This document shows, one piece after another, positions 30,301 to 41,869 of a stretch of 64,000 nt of DNA (the stretch's first letter is position 1; each line of letters starts with the position of its first letter). The notes beneath the pieces are model-generated. The model did not search any database. It had not been told where the DNA came from and was given only the letters and a program-made list of their open reading frames with translations. This DNA is from Raillietiella orientalis (taxonomy: Eukaryota). The position numbers and the translations under genes are program-made. The stretch is from the NCBI GenBank assembly GCA_036172245.1, contig JAYWIR010000017.1, positions 2,728,001 to 2,792,000 on the forward strand. Reading direction: 5' to 3'.

Positions 30301-33300
30301 AAAACTTTCAGAATTTCAAGAAATCCTCCTTCAGGTTTTTGAAATCACACACATACATATATATTATACCTGTTATGATGATGATAATGATGAACTGTGC
30401 TGGCGTAACAAACTGCATCCTTTTCCTGTTGTTTCCTTTTACGATAGATCCCGAGAAATGAAAAGGGTTGGAAATACTGGTTCGACAAAGATTTTCCGGA
30501 AGAAGAAGAAATCCCTGACGGTTATTCCAAATCTCTGGATGCTTTTCGGAAGCTGCTTCTGATAAGGTATCACAATCATCGTCATAACTGTAAACTCGAG
30601 GGGTGTCCAATACTTTGTTACTGGGAAGTATGAAATCATCGGTAAAATACGAAAAATATGCTCCTTTTCTCTCTTTCTTTTCTTTCTAAAAAAAAAAACA
30701 AGGAAACGCAGAAGCATCTTATTCTTCCCCTTAGTCCCGGGTACTACATATGTCGCTCTGCATTCCAAAAAAGAACACCGGTCTAAAACGAGTGATATTT
30801 TTGCTCGGGATTTTCGATGAAGGCGAAGAGATTTTTGCGAACAGTCGAACCGAAACACGGAGTGTCTCAGACTTTTTGACTTTGGAATTTCGACGTTCCG
30901 ATTGAAGCCTTTCGTCTCTCTTGAAAACGTCATTTCGGCTGCCAGTTTCTCGCTTGCAAAATGAAGATTTCTCTCCCTTTCACCTGCTCTTTGGTTGAGG
31001 ATCACTTACATGCGATCACTTACATCCTTAGGATGGATAACTTGCGTGAATACGGCACGCGCTCACGGATACGCACCGTTTGGTGTATACGCAGAAGACG
31101 TAGCGAAGCAACGAATATCCATTCTCTTTTTTTCTTTCCGTATGGGTGCGTTTTCGGCGAAGATGTCGAATCAAGTACAGTTTTCTTTTTCTCTCGTTCT
31201 CTCTTTTCTTTTTTCTGAACGAGAAGAATCCACGAGAATTGACCAGATGGGATTTTTCCGGTTTTGCTTGATCTACCAGATGGATTCTTGGATCCTCGAA
31301 TGGGGGCTTGCAATCGAAGGCAGTGCTGCCGAATCTTGTCACTGTAGATGGATAATATCTTGTGAAGCTCTTTGCAAAGTTTTTGAGGATTCCCGACTTC
31401 AGAAGATCGTTATCGCTAATATATGGGAAACCCCCCATGGTTCCCAATCAACTTTTGGGCCTTCATGCACGTACAGGCCTGTAACTATGGGCAGATAAGC
31501 GATTTGATATACGGGAGGCATCGCGTGTTTAGGAAGGTGGACGGACAATGGAGTGATAATGCTTCGGTGGCGTTTAAGACCGGTCGGAAAAGTTTTCCAA
31601 ACAAATTTCCTAGATGTTCCCAAAAGATCAGAGCTGCCTTCAGCTCTAAGACGATGAATGAAAAAAGAAATTTGCAGAGCCTTTTCTTCTTCTTCTTTCT
31701 TCTTTTTTTTTTTCGTAAAAGGGAGCGATTCGGGAAACAACTCCTTGGCGGATCGACGACGGCGGCCTTGGACGCTCTGGGTAGGAAATTTCGAAAATCT
31801 GCAGATTCTGATTCCCCAAAAGGGAAAAAGGAGTTTTGTGAGGGTAGGGAGAATGCGTGAACTTTGGGATGGAGGAACGCTTTCAGGGGAGACTCGGAAA
31901 GCGTCAAGAAGCATCAGAGAAGTAGCTTGGAAACGAAAGATCCCCATACTCTCTACATGAACTTTGGGAACAAAGAACGACGAAATCGCGCAATGCATAC
32001 GAAAATAAGGAAACGGGTTTGGTCACTGTGGACACGCATGACAAGCGGTAGGCAAGGTAGACTTTCAAAAGTAAGCGATTTCTGGAGCATGGAGCATACC
32101 GGATTGAAATAAGAAGTTGCAATCTCGAAGACATGAATGAGATGGAGATGATGGGGTATCCGAAGCGAACGGGAGTTTCGAAGCGAGGTTCCCCGTCCAT
32201 TTTCTCACCGAAGAGCTCAAGAAGCCTTTGAGCACGTAGGGAAAAAGAATCGCTTCGCGTCGAGTTAGGAATGAATAGTGCAAGATGAAACTCTGCAAAC
32301 GCGCAGAGGAAAGAGGACGGGTTTTTACGTCCTGTGCGGTGATTGAACTCGCAGAGCAGTTTGAGGAAGGAGTAGGGAAACCTGACCAAAGTGCAAAGTG
32401 AAACGAGAATGCATTTGGAAAGGAGGGAAACGAATAGAGCACGAACGAAGGTGCGCGCAAGCAGTAGTGGGTTTTCACCCTGAAGCATTACCAGCATCTC
32501 AGGAAACGGGTCTGCAAGGGAGGGAGAGTAAGTGGGAAACCCTCGTGATCGATTTCATCGGCAACAGAAACGCTTGGCAATACCTCCCTCCGCTCAGCAG
32601 CCAAAGCCACGAGCATACCAGCTACACCACAAGAAATTGGTGAGCTCAGTCGGTGGGATCTGAGTTTTCAAAAGTCAGTGCAGAGAAACTGCGCAAGCTC
32701 TGCTCAGATTGCAAACATTCGAGATTCCTCCCATAAGCTAGAGGGGGAGCGTACCTGCACATGGCTTGACTGAGTGACGTCGAAATTTCGGACTTGACAG
32801 TGGAAGCTTTCAGACCGGTAGCTGCTTGCTAAGGAAAAAGGGAAAAAAATGTGCCAGGGAGGTCAGCGAAGGATCGCATCACAAGGTCGGAAGCCGGTGG
32901 CTTGCCTCGACAGATGCTGGACCATCCTTCTCGCAACCTGAAACTTGGTTCCATCCGAGTGCTTCGGTTCCCCCACCGGAAAACAACAGCACACTTGCAA
33001 GCAGCAGTCGAGCCAAGCCCAGGATTCCAAGAGCGAGAACAGCATTTTCCGCTTCTACTGTTACCGACCATACGGCACGCGAGCGTACAAAGCAGGAAAG
33101 ACAGTCAGTCGTATTTGAGCTCTCTTGACAACGGAACGAATCCTTCCAGGCAGAAACCTTGGTTTGATCTACCCACTCTCCTACTTTGGGCGAATTTTTC
33201 GAGGGAAGCATTCCTTGGGAACAGTGAAGCTTTGAGAATAGGGCTTTTCTCTTTGAGAAGAGCGCTTTCTGCCTGTAAAAAAGAAAACACACAAAGAAAA

Positions 33301-36300
33301 AACAAAAAAATTGAGCATAGTAAGTAACAACGGAAAGGTTGCGATCCAAAAACACGAAACTCGGTAAGGCTGTAGCAATCGAGAGGGCTCAATGATGAAC
33401 CAGAGGGTGGATGGATTGCGGAATAAGTTGCACTTGATTATTGCTTGATGTTTCCTTACTTCTTCTTTTCTGCCTTTTTTTCTTTCTTTTTTTAACTCAA
33501 CGATTTTAGAACATTTCTACTGTTACCATCAGATCATGGTGCCCAGACCGAATCCTAGCTCAAGCCAGAAAATACGTCACGAGTTCTATCGGATCAAGAT
33601 ATGTTGAAGCGCAGATCCTGAACTTGGAAGAGCTTTGGAGAGAATCCATCCCGGTTTACCCTTTGATCTGCTTCCTTAGTTTGGGTTCTGATCCTACAAA
33701 TATCATAGAATCCTTGAGTAAAAAACTGGAGCATGAATGTCACCAAATATCCATGGGTCAGGGTCAAGAAATCTATGCTCGCAAGTTATTGACTCATTCG
33801 ATGGCGAATGTATGGAAGCGATCTTGAGAAAGATGAGCTTTGAATTCGTTGCATACTTTCTCAGGGTGACTGGGTTCTGATGCAAAACTGCCACTTGAGT
33901 TTGGACTTTATGTCCGAATTGATTAACCTTCTGACTGAGGGAAGAGAGATCCACAACAACTTCAGGGTCTGGATCACGTCCGAAGTACACCCCAATTTCC
34001 CCATCGTTCTGCTGCAGATGTCTCTGAAGTACACGAACGATCCTCCTCAAGGTATGCCTGCCGTAACCGCCCTAATAAAACGACGACGTTTTGAAGAAAT
34101 AATAATAATACAATTCCCCTTCTCTTTTTCTTCTCTTAGGAATCAAAGCAGGACTTAAAAGCATTTTCTTGAACATAAATCAAGATATGCTAGATAATTT
34201 CACGTACCCTCAATGGAAGCCCCTGCTGTATACGTTGTCGTTTCTGTATACCGTGTTGCTGGAACGGAAAAAATACGGACCACTGGGGTGGAGTATACCG
34301 TACGAGTTCAACCTTTCCGATTGGTTGGCATCGCTGCAGTTCCTCCAAAATCACCTGGACGACATGGAACCGAAAAAAGGACCAACTTGGAACACCATCA
34401 GGTCCATACGAGCAAGGGGTTGATCGCAGTGACTCGAGAGCGTGAACGGCCGAAAATTCGCAAAGCATTCGCCATTTCTTCTTTTTCTTCCTCCTCCTCC
34501 AAACTTATAAGACTCAGTACGCGGGATCGAAAGAAAGAAAGAAAGAAAAAAGGAGGATGGAAACGTTATCGATTTCAAATGCACGACTGCAGAGATGGGT
34601 GCGCACCTGTGATCTTCAACTGAGCTTCTTGCAGGTATATGATCGGCGATATACAGTTTGGTGGCCGAGTGACAGATGACTTCGACAAGCGCTTTTTGAA
34701 AACAATCACGAAAATCTACTTTGCGGATAACACCCTTAGTGAAAACTTCAGTTTCTACAAGGGTTACAATATGCTGATTTTCCCCACCATGGAAGAATAT
34801 GCTACATCCATAGACGATATGAATTCCTTCGATCCCCCGCAAGTTGTTGGTTTGCACGGCAATGCAGATATAACGTGAGCACGAAATTTTTTTTTCCCTA
34901 AAGCAGGACTTTTTTTTTTTCCTGCCTTCCTCTCCAGATACCAGATCCAAACAGCAGCGCAAATTCTGGACACGATTCTGTCTATCCAGCCCAAGGAGTC
35001 TACGGAGAAAGGTGGAGAAACCAGAGAAGCCATTGTGAGCAGAATAGCGAACGACATGCTAGAAAAATTGCCGAACGACTACGCCCCGCATGAAGTCAAA
35101 GTAACGGGCACGTCCAAGCTAAACGTGGCTTACCGGTCACGGATTCCAGGACCTCCTGGTCAAAATGGGTATACTGGATTCCATGACCATCTTTTTGAAA
35201 CAGGAGGTGGACCGCATGCAGAAAGTTTTGACGTTGGTCAGGACAACGCTGAACGAGCTGAACCTGGCCATAGACGGGATCATCATAATGAACGAAGTAA
35301 GAAATGATGGCTCCTTTTCTAGCTGCCCGCTTGCTCCTCTCGCATCTTGGGCATCGCTTGAGACACCGATCGCTTCCCTTCATCCATGTTCCGGCGAACA
35401 GTGTATGTGCGAATTCTCTCGGAGAAGAGTCTGCAAAAATGGACCCAGCAAACGGACAGTTGGTTTTTACCACCAGCCGCAAGGGTGGTCAGATTGTTTT
35501 GCACGCGAAGGAGTATTCTGAAGTTGAAACGACGCACGATCCTGCACCACAGGAGAAGCACATAGCCTTCGAGCGCTCTCAATGGCTCTTAGCAGAGAAA
35601 GACACAAGGGTCTACCTCAGTTCGCTCCGGAAGGGAAAACAGTCCGCTTGAAGAATGCACCTGAATGATTCTTTCTAGTTCACTCACCACCCATTTTCGG
35701 CAAGGAAACTTTTCGTCGAAAAGCTGGATTGGCGTGAACGTAGAAGAGGGGAACATTGCTTTGAATTCGCGACCACCGTTATTCCTCGTACCTGTTTTCA
35801 CGCACTTATGTTTTGTGAACGCAGAAGGACTGAGGATAAAACATCTCCTTGCCTTCTGCTTCATGAACGAGACACGTGTGCATCTCCTTCTGCACAATCG
35901 GATGCCTCCTCTTCCCAGATGCATTTCATGCAGAGCGAGGCAGGAAGGAAGGAAGCGAATGTTGGTCGCAGCCATAAACATCGAGTTCTGTAAGAGCAAA
36001 CAAGTAAAGGGAGACGGCAAAGAAAAAGGTGCACATCCGACTGTTTCGCCGCTGGACGTCGGACAGAAGCAAATAGGTTTCCGATCATTCTCCAGCGGTG
36101 ATAAGAGTGTACCTCTGGAATTCTGGATCGAGTGAGGAGCACTAGCCGTCACCTACCGTTCACTCTTATTTACTTGTGGGAATAGCGACTGGGAGGCAAC
36201 TTCCAGACATGGTCGTCGACAACGGCGGAGGTTTCAGAGCAACCAAGCAATAGCCGAATACAGATCACAGTGCTCACGGATTCCGAGAATCTGCGTGCGT

Positions 36301-38100
36301 GCATCGAGGGAAGGAGATGCGTCGCTGCTCGCCGTAGATTCGTCGTCGAAGGGAATCACGAAAGGGAACCCGTAGCGATCGACAGTTGCAATTTTTCCGA
36401 CCGCTCATGATTCTCATGAATCACAAAGATGATCTCGAGGAGGGTTGCAGCAGCCACTCTCCCCCCCTCCCCCCTCTCTTGCATCTGTCATCAATCCGAT
36501 CAAGTGCAATACTGCTCCCGCGATGTTCCGAGGGAATGCTGCATTTTCAAGCTCTGAAACGGAATGCGAGCCCCGAATATGCAAGAGAAAATTCCAGACC
36601 GGGAAGAGTGGGGAAGGAGAACACACACACAAACACACACAGACATATCGTTTGAAGACCTTTGGGATTCTTCAGTGTTTCATTCCATGTCATGGGATTT
36701 CACTGCTTCCATCTGCAAGAAAGCCATATTTCGAAAGTCCGTATGTGTGTGTGTGTTCCACACAAGATCGAGAACATTCTTCTCCTCGAGAACAGCGGGA
36801 AGAAAAAGTTCAAAGTTAGTGCAGAGTTAACATACAATTTTGCAAAACACAAGCGCTGTCCACAGTGTGCATGGCTGGCTGCAAGAGGCAACCCCCAAAA
36901 TCCAAATTGATCGAGGGTTGCCCTATTGGTTGGGTGCCTAATCGAAAAAGGCCCAAGTGGTGGCGGCGGCGGCTTTCGGATCGTCAGCTTCCTTTCGCGA
37001 GTGTTTGCTCATCAAGAATTCGATCCTGCACAGTGTTTGTTCTGAAAACAATGATCTGGAAACATGAATACCCTCGATTGGTTCGCTGCCGTGTGGAGAG
37101 CGGGCCAAGAGGGAAATCCTGCTTCCCCCGATCTCCAGCCTACCGTGTTCCTCGATGTTTTCAAGCAACTTCGGGATGCAATGAACAGCATGTATGACGC
37201 GAAAACTCCATCCACGTGGATAAAAGCATCGTGGCATACAAGCAGCCTGGGCTTCTGGTTCACACAGCTGCTGGAGAGAAATCAGCAGTTTTCCAGTTGG
37301 CTTTACTCCGGCAGACCGATGGTTTTCTGGATGACTGGATTTTTCAATCCGACGGTGAGTACCACGGGAATCCGCATCGACTCTGTAGACGCGCGCACGG
37401 ATGCAGGCATTTCTGACGGCGATGAGACAAGAGGTGACGCGCGCTCACAAAGGATGGTCGCTGGACTCGGTCACCTTGCTGAATGACGTCACCAAATGGC
37501 ACAAGGAAGACGTGAATTCCCACCCACACGTCAGTGATCTCGAAGCTGTTCCTTTCGGAAATGCTCATCCGAGTACCTTTCTCAGGAGGGGGTTTACTGC
37601 CATGGGATGTACCTCGATGGAGCCGGTTGGGATAGGAAAAATTCACGCCTCGTCGAGTCCGCACCAAAGATCCTGACTCCCCTCATGCCGGTTTTCCACA
37701 TTTACGCCACGTCGACGGACACACCGAGAGACTCGAAGATCTATCACGTGAGCATTCGTTCCGAAAGCCCATGTCTGCGTGGGTGCCTCACGCTGGAATG
37801 GAGGAGGCGCGGTGCCCGCGTTTGCGGTGGTTTCTTCCAGCTGCCGTTCGTTCTCTAGCTACTTTTGTGGGTGGTCAGCGGCTCGCAGCCGAACGTGGTC
37901 CAATATTTATTCGTGGAAATCGGAATCGAAAATGAAATGGCCGAAACCTGTTTCGTTTCGTGAGTAGCAACACCACTGAATCGAAAAGGAGATGATGGTA
38001 TTGCTTTACAAGTCATGCACAAGCGAACCGTGTGCAGGAGCCAAAATAAGAAGGAAATGTATACAAACAAACAAAATGCTTTATGTAGGACGGGGGAAAA

Positions 38101-38137
<37 letters not shown>

Positions 38138-40284
38138 CGGAGCAGGTTTATATATCTTATACATACACCTCGATTTGAGAAATTCGCTCCTCACTCACCG
38201 ATCAGTGCTTTCATAACGTATGAAATGAAATGAATCCAAGAATCTCGGCTCTCTCACTTACGCATGTGGGCTTTTAAGGGATCGCCGTCTCGTTCCTTAA
38301 CTACTCACACACTCAAGATGCTCGCATGCATGCATCTTCCAAACGGATGAAGACTTTTAGTCTTAGATGATAATTGAACAAAAATGGGCATTTTTTTTTG
38401 TTTTTTCCAGAAACGTTTTCAAATTCTGAACTCTGCTGAGGGTGCAAAATTTGAGGGGGTTTATGCTCTCCTGAAAGATTCTTGGATTCGGATAAGCGTT
38501 CACAGCATGGTCCCCGTGATGAATTCCCAGGTGAAGATACGGAGTGATTCGGAAAATGCGATTCCAACGCAACAGGCGGCAAACAAGAGCTGAAAGAGGA
38601 TGTCTGGAGATGCACCTAACGAGGATGATCGCTGCACGATAGATGGATGCCGAAAGACACTCCGAACTGGGAATGGCGTGGCTCCCACATCAGCCAGCTG
38701 TCTTCCCTGGCAGGAGGCATGCGGAGATCCAGTCAAGGAAACGAGAAGAGCACTCGACAGTAATGAGACCGAGCCCATTTGAGGAACATCTCTGTCTACC
38801 CCCGGCATTTTCGAAGAAACTATTGTCGGCCAGAGAGAAATCTTCCGCTGCCTCCGTGAACCTCAAAGCCTCGCATCACTCGTTTTTTTCCTACTCCTGC
38901 TTTCTTGAGTTGTTCCGCGCGTTGTCCGCCACCGTGCATGCATGCGTAGTCCATGAGGATTATTGAGATCACGCGCCGCAGTGACCAGGTGCTTCGGCTG
39001 CAAATGTTGGAAACTTGTGTGCCGAGAGAATAGAAGATGATCCGCTTTTTCGGACCCACTCCTTGAGCCCACAAACCGGAAAAAGTCATCAGAAAGAAAT
39101 GCTCGATTTCCTGCCGTGGTAGAGTGAACCTTTGTCTGATTTGCGAGGTGACCAGTCAGACCGATGACGAAACACACGATCAACTCCCAAACAATGCTTG
39201 CGAAGGGAGCAGGACACATCCTCCTCCTCGGGATGAGAAACTCTTCGAGAGGGAATCACTTCCATGAAACTGGAAGGGATCGTTGTCCCCTTGAAAGTGA
39301 GTCTCCTTGACGTATCGTCTGAAAAAGTCCAGGCGAAGTATCTCAAAAAGTCCAGATATAATGAATGCAAGGCTCTCGCGTGCATCACGTCGGACAGCTG
39401 AGGAGGAAAGCAGCAAGTAGCCAACAGAAAAGGCGCTTTGACAGTGCCTGGTGGCGGCGGTATGGTCAAGCTAGAACCCGGAGCATGCTGAGCCTGGTCC
39501 GATGTGCATTATTGAACCCCCCTCTCTTGAGACGATAGGGAGGAAGAAGAACGAGACGAGAATGACTGTTTTCTGCACTGGAGTGGAGGAGTCGAAAATG
39601 AGTTAACTCTGAAGGAGCAGTCGAGTCGTCCGTGCTGAGCGTTTCCGACGGAAGAGTTTTGCGAAGTTTGTTCTCGTAAGGAAGAACGGGAAACCGGGAT
39701 GGCATCGAAGCAGGGGAAGAAAAAGAAGTGGATCAAAGTGGAGCAAAGACGTCTGAAGGTTTTCGATTTCTTTTCGATAACGCGTTTTCCACTGGAACTT
39801 TGAAGGAAGGCGGGAGGATGTGCGGCGACGACGACGACAAAGGAGATTCGTTCCGTGAAGCGAACTCATGTGATGTCACCAGCAGTGGGAGGACAAAGGA
39901 TATTTCCGGTCTGAGCCCAACATTCTTCAACTGATCCTGCCGCCAAGTTGGCTCGACTCCGTTCAGGCTGCACCAAATTCGATTCGATTCTCCCATCGAG
40001 TTCCGCAAATACCTTCCGCAATGCCGGAGCAAACGCGCGTTGGCTCGTTCCCATGAGACCAGCTCGGAAGCTCCTGGTTACTCACCTTCACACGCCACAC
40101 TCAAGCGTTCCGAGGGAACGAACTCACTTTCCTCCCCGATGGGTAGAACAGTAGAAATCAGTCCGCGCTACTTCATTCTTCCACGTGGGAACCCTGGCAG
40201 AGTCTTGACATTTTCGTCATTTGTGCAAAAATTACATTGTAATTATAATGATAAGTCACGCAGAGGTTCCGATCGACTGTCTCT

Positions 40285-40321
<37 letters not shown>

Positions 40322-41470
40322 ACTCCTTGGCACAAGAACCGACAAGAAGAGACTCTCGTCTCGACATGCAAGAAGCAGCAGCAATAGCCGAAACGAGAGA
40401 GCTCTTCGAAAGTCAATGAGAAAACGCCCCTGCAGTGTAGATTGCACTTGTGCCCGAATAGGGGCGTGTCTCTGCTTTGGGGGAAAAATCGCGTCGCCCC
40501 TGTAAAAACAATGATACCCTTCAAAAGCCACAGGTAAATGGGCATGATTTCTCTGCATGACATGCGCGCCTCACGTCTCATATAAGACATGCTGCATGAC
40601 GTGAGTCTGGAATGGGAAACTCGTTCATTTGCAAGCACGAAAAGGGGATAAAGTCCGCCGAAAAGTGTACGAGAAAACATGCTGCACACATATTCCATTT
40701 CGCTCACCCAATACGCTGCTGCTGCTGGCATGTCGAACGAAGCGGCAGCGGTGCACATGCCGACGGACCCGTGACGGTCGCAGTGCGTTCGTGGGAAGCA
40801 ACGACATTTATGGCTTGATGATCATTCTTCTCCATCTTTACGATGCTGTAATCAGTGCACGCGAGGAGACTAGGAGGCCAACTCGTGCGTATTTCGAAAA
40901 CTCGGCTTCTGAGTTCATCTAATTGAATGGCGTCCAACAGCAAAAAACGTGCGAAAGAACGGAAAATGCAAATCCAGTACTGATTCGAAGACCGGAATCG
41001 TGGTTCATTCCTCCTCCCCCTCCATGTCGTTGATATTTTGCTCATAATTTCAACCCGTCAACGAGTGGTTGGCATCATTTCGCAAACCACTCGTTTGCGA
41101 AATGCCAGGTGCGTATCATTTGCACCTCTCATCTGTGGACGTCTCAGCCAAGCGACAACCCGCGTTCCGTCCGCATGCTCGGGTTGGATTCGACTTTGCC
41201 GACCGAATACACGGCGCAGGTTGGTTCCAGTTGAGCTTTCCATCCCGTCGTATGATCGCAGCAGCATGCAGCGATTTTGTACGTTCGTTCCCTGCATCTT
41301 GCACACACTCACGCCTTACTTTTCGTTCCTTTGTTTTCCAGTGCCCATTGTACAAAAAGGCGCAGAGAACGGACCTCAACTTCATCACCACGTTGATGCT
41401 GAAATCGGGCAATTACAGTCCAGATCACTGGATCATGAGAGGTGTCGCCTTACTTTGCGATACAAAATGA
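1..41470 (+). CDS. DNAH5: Axonemal outer-arm dynein heavy chain, DNAH5/DNAH8 (gamma-type) family; 5'-partial, 54 exons, about 3750 aa in window
   Basis: Hand-traced exons: <1-146, 233-479, 534-781, 837-979, 2979-3159, 3221-3558, 3617-3780, 3846-4100, 4149-4389, 4692-4891, 7291-7462, 9521-9666, 10667-10805, 12876-13115, 13181-13386, 13446-13666, 13723-14008, 15023-15161, 15226-15446, 16437-16620, 16672-16812, 17329-17676, 17758-17959, 21054-21523, 21879-22215, 22273-22543, 22618-22809, 22887-23132, 23920-24238, 24333-24559, 24623-24845, 24909-25085, 25149-25316, 25420-25635, 25720-25857, 26124-26420, 26484-26639, 26688-26843, 26901-27036, 27101-27252, 27536-27789, 28041-28231, 30213-30334, 30448-30566, 33533-33809, 33865-34051, 34140-34401, 34635-34874, 34938-35100, 35150-35296, 37166-37354, 37407-37529, 37586-37747, 41342-41470. 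Phases are consistent (11253 nt from base 2). Four P-loops: [32 protein letters not shown]. Walker B CFDEFNR. C-terminus [14 protein letters not shown]. The family is clear, but the symbol is given at family level because DNAH5 versus DNAH8 is a vertebrate split. Confidence 0.96.
1730..2250 (+). mobile_element. Highly decayed LINE reverse transcriptase remnant (intronic)
   Basis: [23 protein letters not shown] resembles the KxG...NYRPISLLSVxGKI motif. Stops are present. Confidence 0.28.
5009..5082. repeat. Compound (TA)n/(TAGA)n microsatellite
   Basis: Directly visible. Confidence 0.9.
7669..8399 (+). mobile_element. Decayed LINE reverse transcriptase remnant (intronic)
   Basis: Ordered motifs [12 protein letters not shown] (GFRxGxSTxDA), IFSLDFKK (LDFxKAFD) and [11 protein letters not shown] (GVRQG..SP.LF) in ORF 7669..8037. 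ORF 8127..8399 fits the downstream RT region weakly. Confidence 0.55.
8720..9066 (-). mobile_element. Possible decayed LINE RT remnant (intronic)
   Basis: [12 protein letters not shown]...FLRDLRSRK followed by [19 protein letters not shown], spaced like DHxxLLxKL...SFLxxR...GVPQGSVLSP. Confidence 0.3.
10133..10630 (-). mobile_element. Decayed Ty3/gypsy pol remnant, RNase H region (intronic)
   Basis: [13 protein letters not shown] (GRKFxLxTDHxxL), then RARRVLYDF...RAG (RxxRW..L..Y.F...PG), in ORF 10133..10462. Confidence 0.6.
11050..11760 (-). mobile_element. Decayed Ty3/gypsy integrase remnant (intronic)
   Basis: [16 protein letters not shown] (SSxYxPxxNGxxER) at about 11633-11586, with compatible upstream spacing and in-frame stops. 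Confidence 0.5.
13723..14008 (+). CDS. Dynein heavy chain exon encoding the AAA1 Walker A and B motifs
   Basis: [24 protein letters not shown]...[19 protein letters not shown], flanked by tttcag (13722) and gtaatt (14009). Confidence 0.97.
18880..19945 (-). mobile_element. Decayed Ty3/gypsy RT-RNase H remnant (intronic)
   Basis: In order: [11 protein letters not shown] (FGLxNAP..FQ), VRALGKTM...GKIES (VxFLG...KIEA), LFTDAT (TDAS) and [12 protein letters not shown] (YSTTEKELLA). Several frameshifts. Confidence 0.6.
23165..23720 (-). mobile_element. Possible decayed gypsy integrase remnant (intronic)
   Basis: RIVVPQ followed by [19 protein letters not shown] (RHGxPxxIxSDxGxQF-like). Confidence 0.33.
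25149..25635 (+). CDS. Dynein heavy chain exons encoding the stalk microtubule-binding domain
   Basis: [31 protein letters not shown]...SWGEALK / [30 protein letters not shown]. Exons are 25149-25316 and 25420-25635. Confidence 0.92.
25875..25995. repeat. (TAG)n/(TGG) trinucleotide microsatellite in a dynein intron
   Basis: Directly visible tagtagtag...tggtag tract. Confidence 0.95.
28450..29705 (-). mobile_element. Decayed LINE RT remnant (intronic)
   Basis: FQKSKIVPI (WKxAxIVPI), then [17 protein letters not shown] (QGSVLSPL-like) and CFINERVFI at the expected YADD position. Confidence 0.4.
31420..33240 (+). mobile_element. Decayed Ty3/gypsy RNase H-integrase remnant (intronic)
   Basis: [33 protein letters not shown] (PWxxVxxDFIG), LDNGT and [12 protein letters not shown] occur in gypsy order. 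Confidence 0.55.
35430..36900 (+). mobile_element. Decayed gypsy fragments (RNase H/integrase, then a separate RT piece; intronic)
   Basis: [12 protein letters not shown]...[12 protein letters not shown] at about 36210; CNTAPAMF and [17 protein letters not shown] at 36500-36720. Confidence 0.35.
38104..38135. repeat. (AT)n microsatellite
   Basis: Directly visible. Confidence 0.9.
38850..39600 (-). mobile_element. Decayed gypsy RT remnant in the last dynein intron
   Basis: LPPYRL, then [16 protein letters not shown] (F.D.L..F...Y.DD) in ORF 39089..39469. Confidence 0.42.
40287..40317. repeat. (GT)n microsatellite
   Basis: Directly visible. Confidence 0.9.
41342..41470 (+). CDS. Dynein heavy chain terminal exon
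   Basis: ttttccag|TGC, then [42 protein letters not shown]. It joins in phase 0 to ...SKIYH|gtgagc at 37747. Confidence 0.93.
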   Translation, partial: CPLYKKAQRTDLNFITTLMLKSGNYSPDHWIMRGVALLCDTK

Positions 41471-41478
41471 AGATGGGA

Positions 41479-41484
41479 AATAAA
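41479..41484 (+). promoter_or_regulatory. Probable polyadenylation signal of the dynein gene
   Basis: AATAAA begins 8 nt after the TGA stop. Confidence 0.5.
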
Positions 41485-41869
41485 CGTTTGAAAATGGCCT
41501 TCAACCGTTCCCGAGTTTCGGGAAAAATCATTTATCACTTTAGGGTCCCCCCCCCCCCCCCCATTCTTCGTCTTCTTCTCCTTCAAACTGTAGGTCACGC
41601 ATCTCGAAACAGTCACGCACACACTGAACCACTCGCAATCAAATGTGGCGTGATTGGGATGAAACGGTTTCTCACTTTCACCAGACTGAGTTCCAGCTAC
41701 AGTGGGAATCGGAACTTCTGAAGAATGAACAAACTCTCCAGGATCATTCGCTCTTAATTGGACTTTGGGAGACCTCGTGAGCACCTCTTCTGTCGGGAGT
41801 CTCGTGGATCATGAATTGCAGCAAGGTGTGGTCGACAAGTTGCTGCTGGTTCTCGCAGGAAACGCAATT

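Noticed and set aside
980..41341. Nested host genes in the dynein introns
   Set aside because: Intronic ORFs are short and stop-interrupted, and where interpretable they are retroelement remnants. No coherent exon chain was found.
41342..41470. Integrase-like reading on the minus strand ([14 protein letters not shown])
   Set aside because: It is the antisense of the dynein terminal exon. This shows that single-motif matches by eye can be false.
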